The translations under genes and the position numbers were made by a program. Shown piece after piece: positions 1 through 11,627 of a stretch of 64,000 nucleotides of DNA. The stretch covers positions 77,376,001 to 77,440,000 of the forward strand of contig NC_042999.1 in NCBI RefSeq assembly GCF_006345805.1, given 5' to 3'. The number at the start of each line of letters is the position of its first letter. The first letter of the stretch is position 1. The notes beneath the pieces are model-generated. The model did not search any database. It saw nothing but the letters and a program-made list of their open reading frames with translations, and was not told where the DNA came from. Origin of the DNA: Octopus sinensis (taxonomy: Eukaryota).

Positions 1-411
1 GAAGATCTGTCACCCCAATCAGGACTGAACTAGAGCTAAGCAATACACAAATACACACATATTTGCAATCACAACATGTACAGTAATACTCTATACATTT
101 CTTTCATTAGTACTTACATACTTATCATCATCATCATTATCATCATTTAATGTCCACTGTTCCATGCTTGTGTATGTTGGATGGAATTTTTAGGCAGATT
201 TTCTACAACCAGATGCCCCTATCACCAACCTTCACCTGTTTGCAAGTAAGGTAATATTCCCCCAGACCAGACATGTTTTCACAGAAGATTGGAAACAAAG
301 ACACTGATTGCATGACTTTCATTTACAACTATCATGTAAAGTCAAGACAAGGAGACAATAATATGCATGCACGTGTGCACGCACACACATATACTATGGT
401 TTTTGTTTTTC

Positions 412-555
412 ATTTTCTCTCTACCAAATCCACTCACAAGGCTTTGCCAACCTCAAACTATAGTAGAAGACACTTGCCCAAGGTGCCACACAATGGGACT
501 GAACTTGAGACCATGTGGTTGGGAAGTAAACTTCTCACCACATAGCTATGCCTCT
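412..555 (-). mobile_element. SINE family 1 head fragment
   Basis: Reverse complement of the 22566 head. Confidence 0.75.
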
Positions 556-752
556 GCATTATAGTTTATATAAAAGCAATAGGTTGTGTTGATATATTGT
601 TAGATTACTAGTTAATGAGACTCAAGTTCAGATTTATTATAAGTGTTTTGTTATGTGTTAGGACAGCATAGTTAATTCTACAGAACTCAGTTCACATAAC
701 CAGAAGAAATAAGTGCCAATTCGCTGGATATGTTAACTGTGACAAACCAACA

Positions 753-2400
753 TTGTCACCAAAACAGATTTATCTCTCTTCTATCCACTTCCATTCAATG
801 AGCATGGGTTGTGGAGCACAGCATGGCAACAAGGCCACACTTCAGTCTTTGGCAGACCACTATGAGTGTATAGTCTCTGATTCCAAGCAGATGTGTGCAG
901 TTTTTCAACGGCACTTTGCCAGATTGTTCACAAGAAGTGATAAAATGGAAATGATGGACTTCAATCTTATCTCGGTGACCTGCTGTTGCTATTGGTTAAA
1001 CATGCAGATTAGTCTGTAAAAAAGAAAAATTCAGCTGTTGAAGTAACAGACATGTTGAACAACTGTATGATGGATAAATTGCCAAACTGGACAGTCTGTT
1101 GTATGCACTTTATTATTACATGTCTGACTTCTTTGTTGTCTTGGCAGCTGTCTATTGCAATTGGTAGTAGATTGGAAGCATTCCAAATTTTGTGAACTGG
1201 TGATGCTGCTGAAGAAGAATCTGAACAAGAGAGAATAGTTGATAACTTTAAACCCATAACTCTGCTCATCATAAAGTAAAAGATTTTAGTTTAAGATGTT
1301 TGTCAATAACAGTTTCAGTCAGAGATGCAGACTTGTGTGACCCCCAGTAGATCAAACTACAATAATTTGTACTTCATGAAATAGAATATAATGTTAGTCA
1401 GCAGCAGATCTGACTTTGGTAAGTTTCTAATCAATTTAGATTAGTGTGAAGCAGATGATAGGATCAACCTTCCTACCTGGCAGTTTTCCTAAGCATAGAT
1501 GGTTTGGATCTCATCTACAGAGGCTGAATCTACAATGTGCAGTGTCATCTGTTCTGTTGTCAAATTTAAGTAGTCACCTACCAGAAGTGTTTCATATCAC
1601 ATGCGCATTTTGCCAAGGCTGCCTTCTCTCATCCCTTCAGTATATTTTACGTCCAGTGCCAAAGTATGTTAAAGATATTGAGGGCAACCTGCTTGAACTG
1701 GGATATGAAAGACCCATTTTTGGATAGATGGGAATTGAGATGGTCAGTACCTTTAGACATCATGGTGCTGACACTGGGTATCGCCGTGGTCAGTACCATT
1801 GTGGAGGAGCAGTATGAGGCATTGGGAACATGCATTACCCAGGGCAAGTTGATGGGTTTGCAATCTGGTATATGAAGAAAGGAAAAAACTTCTGTTACTG
1901 GACCAAAAGTCTGGTTGAAGACCTTAAAATGGCAGTGCTTTACTTGTTGAACATAAATTCTACAAGCATAGCCATCTTAAAACCACCAGCAACTGTGCTT
2001 GTCTGAGATACATATAGAGTGGAAAGACTATCTGGCACACATTCACTCGGTGTTTATGCATTGCTGATTTGTGGGTTATGTTGAACAGCTGTTATCACCT
2101 GTAGGACTCATCTATCAACTGAGTCTACCATGAAAATCAACCCCTCATCTTCCTTTGGCAGGAGGGGTCGTGTTCCTTGGCCGCATTTCTATGGCAAAGG
2201 GAGTTGTGTGATGGGATATGGTTGGAAGAGCTTTTCTTCTCAGACGAAACCCTAATCAACTTCAAGTAGCACATGAAGGGAAAGGTAAGAGCAGAAAGGG
2301 AGGTTGTATGAAAGGTCCATGAGAGTGACAAAATTACTATAACCAAATGGACCCACACTAACTCTTCCACCTTGTATGTAGTTTCATAAGAACTGAAAGA
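753..2400 (+). mobile_element. Degenerate Tx1/L1-clade LINE reverse transcriptase region
   Basis: Decayed motifs NFKPITLL (1240s), FHITCAFCQGCLLSSLQYIL (QGCPLSP), GKLMGLQSG; many stops. Ends approximate. Confidence 0.72.
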
Positions 2401-2465
2401 AAGCACTTGTTTTAATCTGTCAAGGTAATCCCAAGTTGCATGTGAGGTGCCTTAAATTACCCTGA

Positions 2466-2618
2466 GAGTGTAAAAGCACCCATTACACTCTTGGAGTGGT
2501 TGGCATTAGGAAGGGCATCCAGCCATAGAAAACCATGCCGAATTAGACTGGAGTCTGGTGCAACCTTCCAACATGCCAGCATGGACAACGGATGTTAAAT
2601 GATGATGATGATGATGAT
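2466..2618 (+). mobile_element. Family 3 repeat 3' end
   Basis: GGAAGGGCATCCAGC...CGGATGTTAAATGATGATG. Confidence 0.75.
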
Positions 2619-3018
2619 TATGGTTCTCTGCCCACTCATATTTTGAGAATCTTTCTTGTTCCTATTATGTTAATCTGTACTGTTATTACTATTCCTTATT
2701 ATTTGATTATTAATTAATTTTTTTTAAATGAAGTAAATATTCTACTGCTTCTTTTCTGTTATGTTACTTTGTATTTTACCTTTATATTATCCCTATCTTG
2801 GACTCTTGTGAACAATAAAAAGAATTGTTGTTGGACTACAGTTTGGTATTAAAATTAATTGTAACTTAGCTTTAAGATTTAATGACGTTATTTCATTCAT
2901 AATAGGTGCAGGTACAGGTCTGTGGTAAGAAGCTTACTTCCCAACCACATGTTGAAATGTTGATGAGGATGATATATGTATATAATACAATCTTTCATTT
3001 TCCATTTTTCACTTTCAG

Positions 3019-3141
3019 TCTCGAGTGAAAGGTAGCAAATCCAACCAGAGCCTCAATGAAAGTTTCCAAGCATCCAGTGAACCAAGTACTCCACGATCAG
3101 AGGACAATCCTCCTCTGCCCGAAGAAAAGGTGCCCCTGTAG
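3019..3141 (+). CDS. Probable last coding exon of an upstream gene: SRVKGSKSNQSLNESFQASSEPSTPRSEDNPPLPEEKVPL*
   Basis: Strong pyrimidine tract + cAG at 3018; open phase-0 frame to TAG; followed by AT-rich UTR-like sequence. Protein not recognised. Confidence 0.45.
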   Translation, partial: SRVKGSKSNQSLNESFQASSEPSTPRSEDNPPLPEEKVPL

Positions 3142-4193
3142 ACATTGAACTTCAATAGCAGAGCTTTTTATTTCCATGAACATTTTACTTTTTCTTCCTC
3201 CTCTGTATTCCTATTACAGCTGGTTTTATTCCAGTCTATTTCTCAAAACTTTTCTTTTTCTTTTTGGTGGGACAATTGCTTCCAGTTCACTAACCAAGAT
3301 GAAAGCTTTGGTTGTATCATGCAATATGACTGAAGATATGTTTAACAAAAAAATATTTTAAATAGTTTTAACTCCATCCCTAAAGAAAATCAAATTTAAA
3401 AAAGAACATGACATATTTCCCAATATTTCATTTAGCTAGTTTTAGTGATCATTAAAAAAAAAACATATAGATACATATAATAATACTACTACTAATAATA
3501 ATAATTATAATTTTTTTTTTATCATTCTCCCATATAATCTCTTTAGCCTTTTCTTGTGACGGATTAACTTTTTAGCATATTTATGCTGATGAACATATCT
3601 TTCTTGGCAGTTTTGCAACACTGACCCTCTTTTCCTAGACTTAATGTCTTGGTATGATTGTAAATTGTCTGTTTATGTAGGGCTGTGTATAGCAAAAGGC
3701 ATAAATAGTTGCCACTGGAGTTTACCTCTGGCTCCAAAACACTTTACTAACCATTGCTCTGTGCTAACACATTAAGTCAGCTTATTGATGAAGGATGAAG
3801 GATGAAACTTCAATTTAGATACTGTTGATGATGGTGATAATTTTCATGACAATGGTAATGAGTATTATGATAATGATGGGTGTTGATGAAAATGATGAAG
3901 GTGATGATAATAAATGGTAGAAAATGATTTCACTTGTTTGTTTAATATGTTCCTTTTTATTTACTGTCTTGAATATCTTCAAACAATTTTATGTGCGTAT
4001 GTGTATTTGTACACATATATTTAATGTTTCTGACATAATGACAGCATTTATAGATTGTGTGCAGTTAATATTAGTCAAAGATTTAATAGAAAAAGGTACT
4101 GAATGTTTTATAAATGAATAGAGCTATCATTTAAAAAAAAAGCATTCATCAATTACTAAGTTCAACATTTTTTAATGGAACATGCTCTGTTTG

Positions 4194-5975
4194 TGTTATA
4201 TCCTTATGGATAAATGAAAGCACTGCAACAGTGTAATAACAATATAATCAAAACAAACAGCAGTAACCACACGGAATGTAACAATCTTTTAAGAACCAAC
4301 AATCCAACATTTAAACATGAACCACTGGGTTTGTACTTCCATTTTTGTATTTATGAAGTAGAACTGCACCTAATCTGTGCTCGGAAGCATTAGACACTAC
4401 ACTACACATTTCGGGATCGCAATGTGCTAACAACAGGTCTGAGATTATAATTTTTTATTTCTTCAAGGTGTTCTGGCATTTAGTAGATGAATTCCACTTT
4501 ACTCCTTTTTTTAATAAGTTGTTCAATGAAGCTTAAATTGTGCATATTAGGAATGTAGTTTTGATAATAATTTGCCAACCCAAGAAATGCTTGTAAAGTT
4601 GGAATATTTGCCAGCGCAGGCATATTCCTATTTGCGTCTACCCTCAACAAGTCAGGATAGAAAGAATTCACATTTTCCTTTGCTCAAAGTGAAATACATG
4701 TACAGCTTTTCACTTACTTGGAAATAGGCTTCTGTCTTTCTTCATAGATCTAAATCCTCTGATAACACTTGCAGGAACATTTTTTTTCAATTTTTTCTTC
4801 AGTTCTTCCAAAGACTTGTTTTTAACAGGACAACCATTTATGTTATTGCAATAAAGATTTATGGGGAGATGACATAAATTGAATAGTTCTAACCAATCTG
4901 TGCCAAACAGATTGATCGTATTATTTACAATGAATAATTTTGCTTCGTGTGTCTCTCCTCAAAATGTGATGTTGATACATGTTTTGTTCATGAAATGTAG
5001 TTTGTCACCCATTACGCCATGTGCTATTATCACTATTTTACATAATTTCAGTTTACCAATTTTTTTTAAGTATCTGGATTTATAATTGAGATGTCACTAC
5101 TTGTGTCAAACTGCAATTTGGTATTCACATCATTTACTTTTATGTGCACAAATTTTCTTGTTTTTCCACCACAGTTACTCTCCACTGAAAACACCTTAGA
5201 ACGTTTTGTGTTTGAGCCTTGTAGTCTTGTTCTACAATGAGAACTCCTGTATCCAAGCTTCTGACAACTATAGCACTTTTTGTTTAAATGGACAATCCTT
5301 TTTGTAATGTAGGCCTCCACAACCATAACACAGATTGGGGCCTAACACTTTTTTGATTGTGCTTCCCAGAATGGCACATTTGAATTTTTGCAATGAACTT
5401 CTATCACAAAAAATTTTTGAAAGTAGTTCCATAGTTTCTTGGAAACCAATCTCTCCCAACATTTTGGGCAGAATAAAGTTACAGTAATGCTCTTGTTCGG
5501 CAGGAGCTACCTTGGGTAGTAAAAGCCTTACTTTCTTCTCCTCCAACCATGACTTGCATTTGTTAAAAATTTCCTTGTATTGTCTATAATATGCAGGAAA
5601 CATAATACCCTCCCCTGGATTATATGTAAATTCAGAAATTGCATTACCCACACCATCTGGTGTAAACGAGCTTATTGGATTTTCAGACTTTGCCAACTGT
5701 AACTCAATTAATTGTTGTTGTTGTATTTGTTTTTGCAACTCCTGTAGTTTTTCCTGTTGCTTCTCTTGAAGCTATACTACTGCAACTAATAGGTTTTCTA
5801 TGATGCAGAAATTGTCAAATACCCAATATGAGTTTCAAACAATCCTTGTTACCAGATGTTATATCCTTATGGATAAACGAATACACTGCAACAGTGTGAT
5901 AACAATATAATCAAAGCAAACAACAGTAACCGCACGGAATGTAACAAAACTCTTTTAAGAACCAACAATCCAACA
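4194..5975 (-). mobile_element. Internally deleted Mag-like Ty3/Gypsy LTR element (element A)
   Basis: LTRs 4194-4309 and 5857-5975 (TGTT...AACA, 7 substitutions + 3-bp indel). PBS-like TGGTAACAAGGAT resembles tRNAi-Met complement. Gag FTYNPGEG..FPAYY, CCHC knuckles, protease FDTSSD, RT thumb LQAFLGLANYY; RNase H is cut off at 4310. No TSD. Confidence 0.88.
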
Positions 5976-6077
5976 GGCTAACTCGAACTGTGTGCTTTGA
6001 ACTATCAACACACGAACTGTGAAGCTAACACAATGAATTTATTCAAACCACAAGAGTTAAACAAAGTGAGGACTATA

Positions 6078-6341
6078 TGTAGAGAGTGTGCGATTTGAAT
6101 ATAGAGGCACCTACCTTCTCTTCGTGGTGACGGAGATCCTCCAGAGATGACTGGTCCTTCCTCACCCTACCCGAACACTAACGATAGCAGCTGCTAGCCC
6201 CAAACCCTTAGCGTCGTCCACGCACGTCTTGTCGCCAGCACGACCCACGTTGGAAAGGTCAATTTTCGCCCCCTGACAGCTGACCCCTTCCACTTGCCCC
6301 AGCTTCCGGTCAACGCACCCCGCTGCTGACGTCATCCCACA
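6078..6341 (-). repeat. 3' LTR of element B (264 bp)
   Basis: Direct repeat of 9974-10247; preceded on the minus strand by a purine-rich AGGGTGGCG (weak PPT, 6342-6350). Confidence 0.96.
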
Positions 6342-6354
6342 CGCCACCCTGATC

Positions 6355-9219
6355 TTAAAGATCACAATCTCTCCGCTCCATGTTGTAGTCTACCATCCAA
6401 CCGGGAGAGCGCCTTACTCGTCGAGATCTTCTCAAGCTAGGCTCCTCATTCTCCCCCTCTCCCGAATCATCGTCCATCGAAGCAACAATCCTGCGAAGGT
6501 CCAAGACATGTCGTGGTGTGCCATCTACGGATACGTTGCTTCTGGAATTGATCGCCGTCACCGTTCCACTGCTCCATTGAGACGTACAGCGCGCCTTTGG
6601 TGGCTTGACCCAGACTTCCTCCCCTATTTTCACGCGAACGGGTCCCTTCTCTTCCTCGTGACCCTCCGGCGCTTTGCTCGGGTGCCTCCATTCATATTTG
6701 AACACAGCTCTCTGCGGCACAGATTCCTCAGCTTGGCCGGATCGGGGAGACAAGTTGTACCAAAAAACTGCTTGAAGCGGCGAAATGTGCCCTCTTTCCG
6801 CTATGGCCTTGACTGTCCGATGGTGTCTCTCCACGATCCCGTTACCGCCCGGCCTATACGCTGCTCTGAACAAGCGTCGCACGTTCCACCGATCAAGCAT
6901 AACCCTCAATGCTTCCGAACGAAACGCCGCCCCGTCGTCCATCACTAGTTCTTCCACGGGACCTCTCTCTAAAAATATCCCGTTCAGGATCTGCACGATC
7001 TCGTCAGCAATGCCCGATCTCAACTCCCTCCAAATGGCCAGCCGGCCCGGCCCACAGTCGACCATGGAGAGGTACATTCGCTGGCGGTAGTGTGTCACAT
7101 CCACAGCCAGCCTTTTCCAGTTCTGCTCCACGGAAAGGCTTCCCTGTTCATGCCCACACGGAGCAGGGTCGATGGACTGACACCTGTCGCAGCTCCCGAC
7201 CACCTTCCGGACGCTTCTCCTGGTGACGTCAGCATCAATTTTTTTTGCCAGATACAGGGTCCTGTCCACACCCAGGTGATGCATAGCGTGCAGTTTCTTC
7301 AGTTCAGAGTCATCCAACCGACACGCCGCAGCTATCCCTTTCCGGGCCTCCTCCGGTTCTTCCAACCACGCCCTTTTCACCCTAGTCAGTACGTCCGCCT
7401 TGTTTTTCTCCGAAGGCACGAAAACCACGTTCAGCTTCAGTCCGAATTCGGCGATCAATTCACCTAGAACTCCTAGACGGCGCTTCACTAACATCTCCGC
7501 AGCACCTTTCGTCCGCACTCTCCTGTCACCAGTGATCACCGATCCTACCCAGCCAAGCACAGTGGCCGAATTCGTCCGCATTTCAATCGTGCGCAGCCCC
7601 CATTTCAAGGCCAAGTTCACCCCTTTCAGCAGCGCGTCTAATTCGGCGACATTGATGTGGTTGAAATCATCTGCTTTCCGAAGCCAGGCCGCGTCCTCCA
7701 CCGCAGTGCCTTCAATTGCCAACACCACCCCTATCGCTATACTGCTAGCATCACACCAGATGGTCCCGCATTTCGTCTTGGGCACGTACCAGTTCCCCCT
7801 GACCGGGTCTTCCGCTCTTGTCCTCTCTAGGATCTCCTACATCATCGCCACCATCCCTTCTCCCACCTTGTCGCCCCACCTCTCTCCTTCTGCTCGTCTC
7901 TTGGTGTAGCTACAGGCCGTGCGCAGCCATCCAGCGATCGGGTAGTGACCGACCAACTTCCCACACACCGAGAACAGCTCTCTCCTGCTGATGCTGGAAC
8001 TCAGCTCTGGGATTTCATTTCCTCTCCGGAACACCAATTCACCTGATCTATCTCTTCGCAGCTTCAGCCCCAGCGCGGCTCCCCCTTCAATCGACTCCGG
8101 TGGCTTAGCAATCAGTCCGAACTTCTCCAGATGTCTAACTACCTCGTCGGCTGGCACTACAGTTTCGTCCACCAAAATGTCGTCAATGTAGGAGCTGGTG
8201 GCCTTTCTAATCTTGCCGTCTTTCCCTAGGACGGACCTAAGCACTGCCGCCATGATCTTCAGAGCGGAATTCTGCCTGAAACCCAGCCTGGTTAGACAGT
8301 ACGTCCAGCCCTTGTACCGCACCAGCTGATATCACCATAGTTTGTCGCTCACATGGAGCTGCAAGTATGCCGATCTCAAGTCGACAATCGTCGCTGCCTC
8401 AGTTGACTGTCTCCACTTACGTAATGCCTCACCACAAACGTCTGTCGCCTCACCTCCCGTGTGACACGATATGTGCTGGTTTAGCTCCCTGAAGTCCAGC
8501 ACCGGTCTGACTTTTCCCTTCGTAGGCTGCACCACCGCCATCAGGGGTAGCACTCCGCCCGCTACCTCCTCCTTCCAAGGGACAAGGACCCCTTCCACGA
8601 TCCACCTCTCCACCTCGTCTTCAAACTCAACCCTGGCGTGGCCTTTCAGGGTATGCTGGTAACAGCTCACCCTGTTCTCCAGTGTCGGGAGCTCGTCCTT
8701 CCATTTCCACTCTATCGTCCACCGCTGACCATCGAACGCCGCCTGAAAATCTTTGTCCTCAATGGTGTAAGCGGCGCAGTCCCTCGCAGGGCTCTGCTCC
8801 CTCTGTCGATCCTGACTCGCAGTGCACAACGCCCCCACGCTTCTGAACGTGACCTCATTTCCCACAACACTGACGCCACCAAGGCAGTTGATGGCGTCCA
8901 TCACCACATCAACTCCATTTATCACGCGTTCGGCCACAATTGCCTGTAGCCTTAGCGTCGCGCCGCGCACCACTATCTCTACCTTGCTGCTGCCTCTGCA
9001 ACGGATTTCGCTGCTGTCGACCGCCCGGACACTACACACCCCATTCCATTCCTTCGTCACCCTCAAAGTCACCAGGGTGGTCGTACAGCCCATATCCACA
9101 AGGGCCTTGAACGTCTCCCCCTCGGCCTCCACGTCAATCAATGGCAGCGTCTCCAATAGCGCCTCTACTCGTTTAAGGGGAAAGTTCGAGAGGCAGCAAC
9201 TTCCCCGCGGTCGTTTCCC
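6355..9219 (-). pseudogene. pol of element B (protease, RT, RNase H, integrase), one frame with two in-frame stops (TGA 8332-8334, TAG 7837-7839)
   Basis: ALVDMG (PR), RPVLDFRELN, VDL.SAY, YIDD (RT), WCDAS/HINVAEL (RH), HH..CC plus D-D-E (VDVT, MDDG, GIVER) integrase. Confidence 0.94.
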
Positions 9220-9928
9220 TGGCCGCAATCACGGGCAATGTGCCCTGTCTGCCTGCATCGATACCAAACGGGCCCCGGCTGCGTACAGTCCCGCGCCATG
9301 TGCGGTCCCTGGCATCTAAAACACCGTCCTGAGAACGGCCGCTCTCGTTGCACGGTGAGCTTCTGTACCTCTTTCTCGGGACGTCGTCCGTCTTTACGCG
9401 CCTCCGTCACCGCCATCGCTATAGCCTTCCGCCCAGAGTGTCTCGTCAACGCGCGAGCATGAGTTACAAGTTCGCTCAATGGCATTTTTTGACCCCGGGC
9501 AGTCGTTGTAGGTGAATCCCTACATCGTCGGGGAACCCATTCACGAACGCCAGTCGGGCTGCTCTCTCCAGTCCTTCTCCGGCAAACCCGGCCAGAGTCG
9601 CTAGCCTTCTAGCTTCCGATGCAAAATCATCCACCTGGCCTCCCGTCCACCTGATTGCACCTAGCTTAGCGAAAGCTGTGTACTCGCATTCCGTGTATGC
9701 GTCACACAAGCGCCGCTCTATATTCTCATCGCAGAGCCGTTCCTCTTCATCCATCTCTAGGTAAAGCGACAACGCACTCCCTTCCAAATACAGCGCCATA
9801 AGACTCGCCACGTCGCTTATGCCCTGCAGTCTCGCCACCAGCCTGATTTTCCGAATCCAGGCCACTACATCGCCTTCGCCGTTAAAAGGTCTGACGACGT
9901 CACTGGCGATCCTAATTTTTGCAGACAT
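9165..9928 (-). pseudogene. gag of element B, split by a frameshift in an A-run near 9485
   Basis: ORFs 9476-9928 and 9165-9485 join as ...LPGV(K)K/MPLSELV...; two zinc knuckles CFRCQGPHMARDC and (C/W)YRCRQTGHIARDC. Confidence 0.9.
9213..9219 (-). other. -1 ribosomal frameshift heptamer G GGA AAC linking gag and pol
   Basis: X XXY YYZ in the gag frame (CAG GGA AAC); the -1 frame continues GKRPRGS... into the protease ORF. Confidence 0.8.
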
Positions 9929-9961
9929 CGTGTTGAAAAAAAATGAGAATGTTTACAAACT

Positions 9962-9973
9962 GCCGAAATAGCT
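9962..9973 (-). other. Putative non-canonical primer-binding site AGCTATTTCGGC, complementary to nt 1-12 of tRNA-Phe(GAA)
   Basis: Abuts the 5' LTR; + strand reads GCCGAAATAGCT, the conserved 5' end of animal tRNA-Phe as recalled; no TGG-type PBS present. Confidence 0.6.
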
Positions 9974-10247
9974 TGTAGAGAGTGTGCGATTTGAATATAG
10001 AGGCACCTACCTTCTCTTCGTGGTGACGGAGAACCTCCAGAGATGGCTGGTCCTTCCTCACCCTACCCGAATACTAACTATAGCAGCTGCTAGCCCCAAA
10101 CCCTTAGCGTCGTCCACGCACGTCTTGTCGCCAGCACGACCCACGTTGGAAAGGTCAATTTTCGCCCCCTGCGCACGCTTGACAGCTGACCCCTTCCACT
10201 TGCCCCAGCTTCCGGTCAACGCACCCCACTGCTGACGTCATCCCACA
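9974..10247 (-). repeat. 5' LTR of element B (274 bp)
   Basis: Direct repeat of 6078-6341; TGT...ACA ends. Confidence 0.96.
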
Positions 10248-10449
10248 CTATACACAGGACAAATGGGGTCAGGGACTTATCAAATGATATTACATATATG
10301 AATAAATGCATTATAATTTTGGATGAAAATGGAACAAAAATGAATGGACGCAGAATGGGTTTGACCCCCACCAACCACATTCCTGCATTGAACCATTTAC
10401 TTCGTCATTTTTTTTTTTTACTCCTCTTAATTAGTCACTTACATACCCA

Positions 10450-11090
10450 ACACTCAGGTTACTTTCTTCCATCTTCTTTTGTACTTTTTTGATGTCAGGC
10501 ATTTCTTTTCCAGACATACTTTCCCTCTTAGACGACATAAAAAGAGGTTAACTAAAGCATATATGGAGGTGAAGGTACCTGATGCGATACCTCTTCCACG
10601 CATCTTCCATATCACCTCTTTCACTATAGCTATTATGGCTAAAAAACAGAATTTCTCTTCTCCTTTTAGAGGAGATGGCAGAACGATCTTAATTGATTCA
10701 GCTGACAACTGTACTCTACCCATTTGGTAGAAACCCACAGGTCTGAGAGACTCAGACACTGTACAATTGCATACAGAACAGTTTCGTTATTCTGCCTGCA
10801 ACGTGGGCACATAGGCGAAACCATTACTCCGTGCCTTGCAAATTTATCCCGAATTGGCAAGACATTCCAGAAGCACAGTCAAGCCAGGGACCTCTGGAAG
10901 CTGAGATCCCTGTCTAGTCATACTACAGGTCACCAGTTGTGATCACTGTAGCTGACAATGGTATCACTTACTCAGAATGCTTCTATTTATATGTAGTGGT
11001 CCAATCTGTTCTCGCCAGGGGGCATCGTACTCTCACACAACAGTTCACTTCCTCTGAAAACTATTCTATAACTAGATGGACTAAACTATT
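10450..11090 (-). mobile_element. Tx1/L1-clade LINE 3' fragment with zf-RVT cysteine motif
   Basis: PIRDKFARHG...PMCPRC...ETV..A..QC..LSDLW in ORF 10666-10860. Confidence 0.72.
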
Positions 11091-11627
11091 GAGAGTAGAT
11101 AAGTTTTTCTGTGAGTGACAGCATGGTGACTGACGTGGGGTTAAACAATAACGTATATAATAACCAGTTTGCAACATTGCATTTTATATCACTTAAGATT
11201 GACTTTTAAGTCTCAAGGATCCATTATATATTTAGTTGTAAATTGATTCAATGGGATGAAGTACAGTAGTTCACTGCTGCAAGTAATGGGAACATTGAGA
11301 AATTAACAAGTATTGATTGAATTCAGTTACTTCCATGACAAAAGCATGCATCAGACTGGTATCTTATTCAATAAAAGACATAAAGCAATGCCAGTGGTAG
11401 TTTTATGTATATTTCAGGCTACAACTTAACAACTTAGCCATTTCTAACACACAACCATTTTGTGGAATGAGGAACTCATTTGTCTTAGTTCAATGTTTTG
11501 GAAAAAAAACTTCATCTCTCATTAGTCTGGTGGTCATAAAATATAAACCATACAGCTCATTACTCTTAGCGAAGGGTGGTCCTTTGCAATTAATAATTGG
11601 TTTCCTCAGGTTCAGATCCATTCATAG

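Larger units (their letters stand above)
6078..10247 (-). mobile_element. Full-length 4170-bp LTR retrotransposon (element B), gag-pol with DDE integrase, slightly decayed
   Basis: Two TG...CA LTRs (6078-6341, 9974-10247) differing by 5 substitutions and a 10-bp indel. 5-bp TSD CTATA at 6073-6077 and 10248-10252. Domain order gag(CCHC)-PR-RT-RH-IN. Confidence 0.97.

Noticed and set aside
6508-9462. Many + strand ORFs (146-169 aa) overlapping element B
   Set aside because: Antisense shadows of the GC-rich gag-pol; few stops are expected there and no motifs are recognisable.
9984-10235. 83-aa ORF inside the LTR
   Set aside because: Not preserved in the other LTR because of the 10-bp indel; no motif.
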